Shown here one piece after another: positions 31,903 through 41,200 of a stretch of 64,000 nt of DNA (the stretch's first letter is position 1; each line of letters opens with the position of its first letter). The notes under the pieces were generated by a model. It did no database searches and had not been told where the DNA came from. It saw only the letters and a program-made list of their open reading frames with translations. Both the position numbers and the translations under genes were made by a program. This DNA comes from Gammaproteobacteria bacterium (lineage in GTDB: Bacteria > Pseudomonadota > Gammaproteobacteria > UBA4575), in NCBI GenBank assembly GCA_965243395.1, contig CBDEUS010000002.1, forward strand, positions 288,001 through 352,000, written 5' to 3'.

Positions 31903-34734
31903 ATGACTGATTACAAAAATACATTAAATTTGCCAAAAACTTCGTTTGCGATGAAAGCTAATCTCGCGCAACGCGAACCCGAGATGTTAAAAAAATGGGA
32001 AAAAGAAAAGATTTATCAGCAAATACGTAATAGCAGAAAAGATGCAGATCGTTTTGTTCTACATGATGGCCCACCTTATGCAAATGGTGATATTCATATT
32101 GGACATGCGGTAAATAAAATTCTTAAAGACATCATCATAAAAAGCAAAACCCTGTCTGGTTTTGATGTGCCCTATATTCCTGGCTGGGACTGCCATGGTT
32201 TACCGATTGAGCATCAAGTAGAAAAGAAAATAGGTAAAGCAGGAACTAAAAAAACACATAAAGAATTTCGTGACGCTTGTCGTACCTATGCAGACAAACA
32301 AATTAATAAACAACGTACTGACTTCAAACGTCTTGGAATATTTGGTGACTGGGAAAATCCTTATCGTACGATGGATTTTAGTTTTGAGGCCGACATTGTC
32401 AGAGCGACTGGAAAAATTTATGCCAAGGGTCATATCGTCCGCGGTTATAAACCTGTTTATTGGAGTGTAGTTGGGGGTTCTGCTCTGGCAGAAGCAGAAG
32501 TGGAATATCAGGATAAAACTTCTTTTGCAATTGATGTTCAATTTAATTTTGCAGATGAAAATTCTTTAGCGAAAAAAGTTGAGGGTATTGATGGTGATGG
32601 ACCGATCGCGGTTGTAATCTGGACCACAACTCCCTGGACCTTGCCATCAAATCAAGCTGTATCATTGCACCCCGATCTGGACTATGTGTTCGTGGAGTGT
32701 GCTGTTAACAACTCAAAACAACGGCTGTTATTAGCTGATGCACTGCATGAATCCTGTATGCAAAGATATGATGTAAGTAATTATAAAATCGTGGGGAAAT
32801 GCAAAGGAAAAGATTTAGAAAATCTTCAACTACAACATCCTTTTTATAGTAAGACAGTCCCAATTATTCTTGGTGAACATGTCACCACAGAAACAGGAAC
32901 GGGTGCTGTGCATACTGCCCCTGATCATGGTGTGGATGACTTCAATGTAGGAAAAGAATACGGTATTGGCACCCTAAACTTGGTCGGTGACAATGGAGTA
33001 TTCAAAGATGAAACTGAATTATTTGCAGGAGAACATGTATACAAGGTAGATGAAAAAGTTATTGAAACATTAATCTCGAATAATAAATTACTTCATCAGG
33101 AAACATTTCAACATAGTTTCCCACATTGTTGGCGTACAAAAACTCCTCTCATATATAGAGCTACACCACAGTGGTTCATAAGCATGACAGCAAACCATTT
33201 ACTACAAGATGTAAATGAACAGGTTACGCATGTTGAGTGGATACCAGATTGGGGGCAGGCACGTATTGTTAGCATGTTGGCCAGTAGTCCGGATTGGTGC
33301 ATTTCAAGACAACGTACTTGGGGTGTGCCTCTTACTTTTTTCATCGATAAGGACACTGAACAACCTCATCCAAATACTCCTGCCTTAATTGAAAAGATCG
33401 CTGAAAAAATAGAACAAGATGGCATGGATGCTTGGTACGAAATAGATATCAATGAAATCTTAGGTGATGAATCTGATCAATATAAAAAAGTGACCGATAC
33501 TTTAGATGTTTGGTTTGACTCTGGTGTAACGCATTATGCTGTTGCACAAAAAAGATTAGATGTTGATCTTGAGAATGGGGAAAAAGTAGATCTGTACCTA
33601 GAGGGCACAGATCAACATCGTGGATGGTTTCAATCATCTTTAAAAACATCAATTGCAATGAATGGTATTACCCCCTATAAGCAAGTATTAACTCATGGTT
33701 TTACCATGGATGCTGAAGGCAAAAAGATGTCGAAGTCTCTTGGAAATGTCATCGCACCACAAAAAATTTGTAATTCGTTAGGTGCTGATGTTTTAAGGCT
33801 TTGGATTGCGTCGACTGAATATAGCAAGGAACAAAATGTATCGGATGAAATACTCAAACGAACATCTGATGCGTATCGACGTATTCGAAATACGCTGCGT
33901 TACTTATTATCTAATCTCAATGGATTTGATCCGAATACTGACAAAGTAGCACCAACAGATATGGTAGCTCTAGATTATTGGATTGTATGGAAGGCTCAAG
34001 ACCTGCAAAGACAAATTAAAGAGCACTATGATAAATACCAATTCCATAATATTTATCACTTAATACATAATTTTTGTATTTTAGAACTGGGAAGTGACTA
34101 TTTAGACATCATCAAAGATCGTCAATACACCTGCCAGGAAAAAAGCCATGCACGAAAGTCTTCTCAAACTGCGCAATATCATATTGCTGAAGCATTAGTT
34201 CGGTGGATTGCGCCTATTTTAAGTTTCACATCTAATGAAGCCTGGGAGCATATACCGGGTGATCGCAGTCAACCGATATTTACTCAACTATGGTATGACC
34301 TCAGCGAGTTTGAGACATGTGAAAAAATTGGAAACACAGATTGGGATGGCATTCTTGAGACCAAAGAAAAAATCAGCAAGGAATTAGAAGAGTTACGAAA
34401 CCAAAAAGAAATAGGCTCGTCACTTGATGCCGAGGTGCAAATTTGGAATGCACCTGAATACCTGAAAAAAATTGAAAATGATGAATTGCGTTTTGTATTT
34501 ATAACCTCTTATGCAGATCTGGAGAATGGAGAAGCACCGGTTGAGGCAAAATCGATTAAAAATAGTGATGGTGCTGAATACTCAATCGTTGTGAAAAAAT
34601 CTAATCACAAAAAGTGTGTTAGATGCTGGCATCATCGTGAGGATGTTGGTTCTATTGCACAACATCCCGAATTGTGCAGTCGTTGTGTAAGCAACTTACC
34701 TGACGGACAAGGAGAATCACGAAAATATGCTTAA
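31903..34734 (+). CDS. ileS: Isoleucine--tRNA ligase
   Basis: HDGPPYANG-HIGH, KMSKS, C-terminal CVRCW...CSRC zinc finger. Confidence 0.99.
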   Translation: MTDYKNTLNLPKTSFAMKANLAQREPEMLKKWEKEKIYQQIRNSRKDADRFVLHDGPPYANGDIHIGHAVNKILKDIIIKSKTLSGFDVPYIPGWDCHGLPIEHQVEKKIGKAGTKKTHKEFRDACRTYADKQINKQRTDFKRLGIFGDWENPYRTMDFSFEADIVRATGKIYAKGHIVRGYKPVYWSVVGGSALAEAEVEYQDKTSFAIDVQFNFADENSLAKKVEGIDGDGPIAVVIWTTTPWTLPSNQAVSLHPDLDYVFVECAVNNSKQRLLLADALHESCMQRYDVSNYKIVGKCKGKDLENLQLQHPFYSKTVPIILGEHVTTETGTGAVHTAPDHGVDDFNVGKEYGIGTLNLVGDNGVFKDETELFAGEHVYKVDEKVIETLISNNKLLHQETFQHSFPHCWRTKTPLIYRATPQWFISMTANHLLQDVNEQVTHVEWIPDWGQARIVSMLASSPDWCISRQRTWGVPLTFFIDKDTEQPHPNTPALIEKIAEKIEQDGMDAWYEIDINEILGDESDQYKKVTDTLDVWFDSGVTHYAVAQKRLDVDLENGEKVDLYLEGTDQHRGWFQSSLKTSIAMNGITPYKQVLTHGFTMDAEGKKMSKSLGNVIAPQKICNSLGADVLRLWIASTEYSKEQNVSDEILKRTSDAYRRIRNTLRYLLSNLNGFDPNTDKVAPTDMVALDYWIVWKAQDLQRQIKEHYDKYQFHNIYHLIHNFCILELGSDYLDIIKDRQYTCQEKSHARKSSQTAQYHIAEALVRWIAPILSFTSNEAWEHIPGDRSQPIFTQLWYDLSEFETCEKIGNTDWDGILETKEKISKELEELRNQKEIGSSLDAEVQIWNAPEYLKKIENDELRFVFITSYADLENGEAPVEAKSIKNSDGAEYSIVVKKSNHKKCVRCWHHREDVGSIAQHPELCSRCVSNLPDGQGESRKYA

Positions 34735-35236
34735 ATGGTTGTGGTTAACGTTGCTTGTTGTCGTACTCGACCAAGTGAGCAAACAAATTGCAGTTAACAC
34801 TCTTATAATGCATGACCCACAAGCTTTTTTGCCTTTCTTTAATTTCACGCTAACGTATAACAAAGGTGCAGCATTCAGTTTTTTAAGCACTGCCGGAGGC
34901 TGGCAGCGCTGGTTTTTTACCGTACTTGCGATTGGAGTAAGCATTTTCATTTTCTTTTGGCTGAAAAAATTATCTTCTAAAGAAAAATTGCTTGCAGTGA
35001 GTTTGTCGCTAATTTTAGGTGGCGCAATTGGAAATGTAATTGATAGAAGCCTCTATGGCTACGTAATCGATTTTATAGACTGGTTTTATCCATCCAGTGA
35101 ATGTCTACCGTTTTTCTTTTCCATTAATCAACAAACCTGTCATTGGCCCACGTTTAACATTGCAGATTCTGCAATATTTTTGGGTGCGGTTTTAATTATA
35201 ATTCAAGCACTATTTAGTAAAGAGGATCATAAGTAA
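34727..35236 (+). CDS. lspA: Lipoprotein signal peptidase II
   Basis: [27 protein letters not shown]. Confidence 0.97.
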   Translation: MLKWLWLTLLVVVLDQVSKQIAVNTLIMHDPQAFLPFFNFTLTYNKGAAFSFLSTAGGWQRWFFTVLAIGVSIFIFFWLKKLSSKEKLLAVSLSLILGGAIGNVIDRSLYGYVIDFIDWFYPSSECLPFFFSINQQTCHWPTFNIADSAIFLGAVLIIIQALFSKEDHK

Positions 35237-36168
35237 TGCAGGTGTTGCTTGCCAATCCGCGTGGTTTTTGTGCGGGTGTGGATCGTGCAATTGAGATTGT
35301 AGAACGTGCGTTAGAAATATTTGGTGCACCCATCTACGTGCGTCATGAGGTTGTACATAATAAATTTGTTGTGGACAACCTGAAAGAAAAAGGTGCCGTT
35401 TTTGTCGATGAATTAAATGAAGTTCCTGATGGCTCTACAGTGATTTTTAGTGCACATGGCGTATCAAAGGCCGTGCAAAATGAAGCAAAAAATCGTGATG
35501 TTAAAGTCTTTGATGCAACATGCCCATTAGTAACAAAAGTACATTTGGAAGTCGCGCGCTATAGCAAAGATGGTTTAGACACAATATTAATAGGACACAA
35601 AGGCCATCCGGAAGTAGAAGGCACTATGGGTCAATATGATGATCACTATGGAGGGCAAATTCACTTAGTCGAAAACACACAAGATGTGGAAAACTTAAAG
35701 GTCACAGACATTAATAAAACAGCTTTTGTCACACAAACCACTTTGTCAGTGGATGACACCAGTGACGTGATCGATGCATTGCGAGTTCGCTTCCCTAATA
35801 TAACTGGCCCTAAAAAAGATGATATTTGTTATGCCACACAAAATAGACAGGATGCAGTAAAAAAACTGGTCGAATCTTGCGATCTCTTGTTAGTGATTGG
35901 TTCAAAAGCAAGTTCAAACTCAAATCGTCTCAGAGAAATTGCAGACAAAAATGGAATTGAAGCGCATCTGATTGATGGTCCAGAGTATATTGAACAAAAA
36001 TGGTTAAAGGATAAATACAAAATTGGTGTTACTGCAGGAGCTTCTGCACCCGAAATCCTTGTGCAACGTGTAATTGAATTTTTAAAAGAAAAGCACAAAG
36101 CGGTAATTACTGAAGATTATGGTATGCCAGAAAATGTAGTGTTTCCCCTACCAAAAATATTTAGATAA
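35236..36168 (+). CDS. ispH: 4-hydroxy-3-methylbut-2-enyl diphosphate reductase
   Basis: [34 protein letters not shown]. Confidence 0.99.
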   Translation: MQVLLANPRGFCAGVDRAIEIVERALEIFGAPIYVRHEVVHNKFVVDNLKEKGAVFVDELNEVPDGSTVIFSAHGVSKAVQNEAKNRDVKVFDATCPLVTKVHLEVARYSKDGLDTILIGHKGHPEVEGTMGQYDDHYGGQIHLVENTQDVENLKVTDINKTAFVTQTTLSVDDTSDVIDALRVRFPNITGPKKDDICYATQNRQDAVKKLVESCDLLLVIGSKASSNSNRLREIADKNGIEAHLIDGPEYIEQKWLKDKYKIGVTAGASAPEILVQRVIEFLKEKHKAVITEDYGMPENVVFPLPKIFR

Positions 36169-36182
36169 ATATTTAATAAAAA

Positions 36183-36364
36183 TTACCAACAAGCTTCGGC
36201 AGCATCTCTATCCGCCTGGGTTGAACTGTTGGTACATTTTGTACCACCTGTAATGCATTTTACTCCAACTTGATTAATAGATAGAGCACCGCAACGAGTA
36301 TTTCCAATAAAGAAAGACCATTTTGTTTATATTTATTAAGTTGCTTTAACTTAAAATTTTTCAT
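36183..36364 (-). pseudogene. Deletion scar: pilV-like 5' fragment joined out of frame to a pilE-like 3' fragment
   Basis: 36364-36260 encodes MKNFKLKQLNKYKQNGLSLLEILVAVL... (prepilin G/xxxxE); another frame 36293-36183 encodes CGALSINQVGVKCITGGTKCTNSSTQADRDAAEACW* (PilE-type C-terminus). Confidence 0.8.
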
Positions 36365-36375
36365 TGCAGGGACTC

Positions 36376-36858
36376 TCATGGGCACGCTCCAGATGCGGAA
36401 CTTGCCTGACCTGATAAAGCAATAGTTATTACCCTTCTATGGTTATATCCGGTGTTACATGTGCTTGGTGTAACCGTTAATGTAATGACACTGGTACCTG
36501 CGATACTTCCGTCTGCCAAATAATTGATCGTTGCAGATGAGGAAGTTAAAGTTGAGTCTTCAAAACCATCAAAGTTGCGCAAGATAGTGCCACTCGCCGT
36601 TCCTACTCTGACGACCCAACCACCAGACCAATCTGTGCCTGATGTACTCGGTGTAATAAAAATATCTGTGTTCTGATTGATAGTTTCACTACGCGCATAA
36701 TTTAAGGATGCGACAATAGAATTTGTCTGCGCAGCAAGACGATTTTGCTTCAGGATTGCGCTAAACGATGGCACTGCAATGGTTGCCAATATGCTTAAAA
36801 CCATAATGGCAACCATTAACTCCATAATGGTGAAACCACCTTGTAGTTGCTTGTACAT
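36376..36858 (-). CDS. fimT: FimT/FimU (GspH-family) minor pilin, cassette C
   Basis: GFTIMELM prepilin motif, LNYARSETI, WSGGW. Confidence 0.9.
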   Translation of the reverse strand: MYKQLQGGFTIMELMVAIMVLSILATIAVPSFSAILKQNRLAAQTNSIVASLNYARSETINQNTDIFITPSTSGTDWSGGWVVRVGTASGTILRNFDGFEDSTLTSSSATINYLADGSIAGTSVITLTVTPSTCNTGYNHRRVITIALSGQASSASGACP

Positions 36859-37081
36859 AATCTTTGAATAAATCTCTCGATAGAGAGGGTGAAACCTCTC
36901 TCGCCCAACAATGCAAATTACTCTACATTGATAATTAAGGGTTTTTCACGGGTGTGTTCTAACTCGCTAGGATTCTCTGATGAGTGGAACACTTACTTTT
37001 AGAATGTAAAAGTTTTTTAAATGTTCAAACTATTTATTCAAGTTAGAGTTTAGTTAAAATCTTATAAAATGCAGATAAATA
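36833..37081 (-). repeat. fimT promoter/leader region, copy 1 (homologous to 46060-46408)
   Basis: Two colinear blocks: 36833-36989 with 46060-46218 and 37026-37081 with 46353-46408; shared exact runs such as AATTACTCTACATTGATAATTAAGG and GGATTCTCTGATGAG. Confidence 0.88.
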
Positions 37082-37123
37082 CAGATCGACTGTAAAATAT
37101 GAAATTTAATTTAGATTGAAGAT

Positions 37124-37242
37124 GCTCCTGCACCCGAAATACTTGGAACAGGGTTTTTAAAAGAAAAGCAGAAAACGGTAATTCCACAAGACTATGGAAA
37201 ACCAGAATATGTAGTGTTTTTGCTACAGAAATATTTAGATAG
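37124..37242 (+). pseudogene. Degenerate duplicate of the ispH 3' end
   Basis: Aligns with 36040-36168: CTGCACCCGAAAT, TTTTTAAAAGAAAAGCA, CGGTAATT, ATGTAGTGTTT, AAATATTTAGATA; about 9-bp deletion and a 1-bp frameshift. Confidence 0.9.
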
Positions 37243-37250
37243 GAACTACC

Positions 37251-37661
37251 CTAATCCCAATCACACTGGGCCGCAGTAAGAATAGCATTAATTACGTCTT
37301 TAGACTGATCCTGAAAAATTCTCAAATCACCGCAATCATCGCCTGTTTGCCGATTTGCACGTGTTGCAGTAAGCGTAAAGGTCTGTGAACCTGCACCTGT
37401 AACCGTAGCTGAAATATTATAGAAATTTTCTGGACTTGTTGTGGGTATTCCTGAATTTGCAATGGTCCCACTGTAACGCCCAAATTGAGTGTAATGTCTT
37501 TCCATTTTAGCGGCTGCATCCATTAGTGCAGCTTTGGCATCTGCACGTCTCGATTTGCGTATTTGGTCTTGGTATGAAGGATATGCTATGGAGGCAATGA
37601 TCGCTACGATCACCACTACAATCATTAGTTCAATTAAAGTAAATCCTTTATTTTTATACAT
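37251..37661 (-). CDS. pilE: Type IV minor pilin, PilE/ComE-like (second PilE of cassette B)
   Basis: GFTLIELMIVV, YPSYQDQIRKSRRADAK, C-terminal Cys pair. Confidence 0.9.
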   Translation of the reverse strand: MYKNKGFTLIELMIVVVIVAIIASIAYPSYQDQIRKSRRADAKAALMDAAAKMERHYTQFGRYSGTIANSGIPTTSPENFYNISATVTGAGSQTFTLTATRANRQTGDDCGDLRIFQDQSKDVINAILTAAQCDWD

Positions 37662-37797
37662 ACGGCTTTGCCCTTAATTCGAGACTATAAAATTAGTATA
37701 GGTATAAAAGACTCTACGACGATTATACGGTAACTAAATACCGACTGTCGGTAAGTGAAACACCGCTCAAAAAATAAAATTTATTTACAGTTTTTAA

Positions 37798-38217
37798 TCA
37801 ACGCCAACAAACCGCTCCGCCTGAACTACCAGTAGCACCTTTAGTTCCTGTTTGATTATAAGTCAAATTACCACACTTTGCGTCTGCGTGAGAACCCGCC
37901 GGTGTGGCAGTTAGTGTATAGGAGGTTGCAGTAAGTGCAGAAATAGAGATAGCGTAATAACCATCTGTACTAGTTGCGGGAATGCCTGTGTTTGCAAGTG
38001 TTGCATTTGCGTAGTTATTGGTAGCGTTGCTATACATATACTTTTCCATGCGATTAGCGCCATCTAGTAATGCAGCTTTGCCATCCGCTCGTTTTGCTCT
38101 AGTCACATGATCCTGGTAAGCAGGCATAGCTATCGAAGCAAGCAAAGCCACTACTACCACTACAATCATTAGTTCAATCAGTGTAATTCCTTTGCTATAT
38201 GTAAATTTATTCATCAT
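37798..38217 (-). CDS. pilE: Type IV minor pilin PilE, cassette B
   Basis: GITLIELMIVV, RAKRADGK, DAKCGNLT...CWR. Confidence 0.92.
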   Translation of the reverse strand: MMNKFTYSKGITLIELMIVVVVVALLASIAMPAYQDHVTRAKRADGKAALLDGANRMEKYMYSNATNNYANATLANTGIPATSTDGYYAISISALTATSYTLTATPAGSHADAKCGNLTYNQTGTKGATGSSGGAVCWR

Positions 38218-38241
38218 ATTTCCTTAATATAAATTAACTGC

Positions 38242-41200
38242 TTACTTAGCTATTCTCCAGTTTGTTTCACCGCTCACAACTGCACTTTCTGTGTTCAATG
38301 TTTTCTGGAAAATTAAAGCGTTAGAACTTTGGCCAATACTATTTACTTGATTATTAGCCAATGTATTCTGCTCCGTATAACCAGTACCAATGTGTAAGTT
38401 AATCGTTGCAGTCAAACCACTACCTATGAATACAGAATCAATAACCTCAACAGGTCCACCACTTGTATCTGGATCTTCAAATACAAATATGTTACTGCTT
38501 GCCGTACCAGTTAAGTAATTAACGCCGTATAAAGTAGAACTACCTTCGTACTTACATACATCACCAGAAGGTTCGAATGCGGTGTAAGCTAAAACACCAC
38601 CAATTAAAACCGCTTGACCAACATTTCTTTCGTATGTTGTATTTGGACTTTCACCAAAATCACGTTTCCAGCCATGGTTTGCGCTCGTTCCAGTTATTAG
38701 CATTGATGATTTAAGCGCAATAAATGTTGATGCGTTACCATTAGAGTATGTAGCAACCGATGTAGATGAACCATTTTTATATAAATTCCCATCTGTTTTA
38801 ACAATCACATCGCTAACATCAACAATCTTCGAACTATCAACTGTTGCCCATGTAAACCCGCCATTAGCATGTCTAGGTTCTTTTATTCCATAAAAACTTT
38901 GCTGTGAATTATCGACAGCATCAGACCTAACTAGGAACCTTCCGGTACCAAAGAATATCCAACGGTTACCACTATCATCTAAACCAGCATTAGAGATTGC
39001 CGTGATAGGTCCGGTATTATTGAGCATGATATCTGCTGTCCAATTGTTGATATCATCATAAGCACCACTATCAATTGCACCAGTTCCATCACTCGTTCGT
39101 AACGTTAGACGATATAGCTTTCCTGCAAAGTTACCTGTTGTACCATTGACTGTGCTTATATATACAGCGTCCGTTTGAGTATCTAAATTATAGTCAACGG
39201 GGTACATTCCTGTAACAAATGCATTAGAAGCATCTCCAGTACCATTCAAAGTTAAAACACCTGATGTACCAAAGTCAGTTTCTAACTGCATTGTTTTTAA
39301 GTCAAACAAAAATAACTTAGCATGCTGGTCACTTTCAGCATTCTGCAATGCTGCTTGTGGGGTCGTTGCATCATTAGGACCAGATCCAATTAACAAATAC
39401 CAATCGTCAACACCACTTGAATTATTTTTCACGATTGGAGTTACATTAGACAATGTAAAACCAAGATCTGATGAAGAGTATTCCATTAACAGTTTTGGCG
39501 GATTCTCAGGATCTGTGATGTCTAAAATATATATTGAAGATCGTAGAGTTTGATCTACTACGGAATCACCATCAGTATCTACTTCAACTGGCCCACCACC
39601 AAATCGCATTCCACCAACTAGAATAGTCCCCCAACCATTCGGATAGGTTGTGCTAGGTGAAAATATTCTTGCATCAAATATACGTACTTCACCATCTACT
39701 ATTGAAATATGATCACCGTCTTGTGAACCATAATTTGGATCTGCCACATACTTGAGATGTGGAAGCGCATTGTAAGGAACATAGGCCCAAAGTTCAGAAC
39801 CTAAGTCGTATTTCGTTGTTGTACCGTAACCTTTTTCATACTCAAGTGTCTCTGGGTTGAAGTAACCGCCATTGAATGCATGCAACATTCCATCGTTACC
39901 GCCCGCAAATACTACAGAGCGACGATTTCTATAGGTTGTGAAAAAAGCTCCATAAGTTGAGAAGTTATTATTATCTGCATAAATCAGATGATAATTCTCT
40001 GGAGGGCGCGATACCGATTTTGGTGAAGAATAAACAATATCTCCAAGACGCCAAGTAACTAAATTACCACTCTTGTCGATAACTTTTCTAGTACGTAAAG
40101 TTCCTGTACCGCTTTGACTTTCACCTCTAGTGAAATTAACGATATTTGCAGCTTCTGTTGCATCTGCTGCATACAGCAATCCTTCTCTACTAATTCCAGT
40201 AGAATTAAATGCGGTGGGCAGAAAATCTTGTTGTTCGGCATTGGTAACAATGCCATCTTTAGTGCCCGAACCGCTACCATCGATACCAGTAATAATGTAA
40301 CGACCTGTTGTGTTCGAGTATGAACGTTGACTAGTTACATTGGCATCAGATAAAGATGATAATTCTTCTGCTGCGCTCCACACACGCTTAATATCAAATA
40401 AGGATTTGTCGTATTTTGCGCTGGAACAAGCAGCAAATTCAGCTGCTGTAGGTAAACTTGCTAACGAATCAGCAATATTCACACGTACAACCTGATTATC
40501 AGAATCTTCACACATGGAAATAATGCCGTCTTTTGTATAGTCATCTTCATCTAATATTTGATTTTGATCACCATCTTCACGAAGACGTCCGTAACTATCG
40601 ACGAGTGTTGCCGATACATCGCCTATCCATGTAGCACTGTGGTTAACGGTTGCACGCTCTTGTTCAAATCGTGCTTCAAATATTGCACCTTGACCACTTG
40701 CAGTACCCGCTAATACGGAAGCAGAACCACCGGAAGACACGCGTTTAAGAATCGATTCAAATGCTGCGAGTAACTCTGTTTCTAGTGCAAATCCATCATT
40801 TGCAAAGTAGAAAGTATCAGGTACACAGTTTCCATCTTCATCCCATTCATTGACTGTGCAAACACCACCATTATTGTTTATATAGGTAACAAAATCGGTG
40901 ACACTCTTATTATCTGGCTCGTTATCATTATTTTTATCATTAAAACCACCCATTGCAGCTGCACGCATAAGTCGATTGAGTGGAGTATTACCAATCGCTG
41001 ACATATCTTCGCCTAAAGCTGCCAATACATAATAAGAAATAATCTCTTGATGACCCGCTAAGTCATCACGTAAATCTTTATTTCTGAAACGATGTGCGAC
41101 TTCATCTAAGCCATCATCTTGATCAAAAGGATTACCAGAAGTGTAACCAGACACTGTTGTAATATCGTTTGGTAACGGGAATCCATTGCCATCGTCCCAA

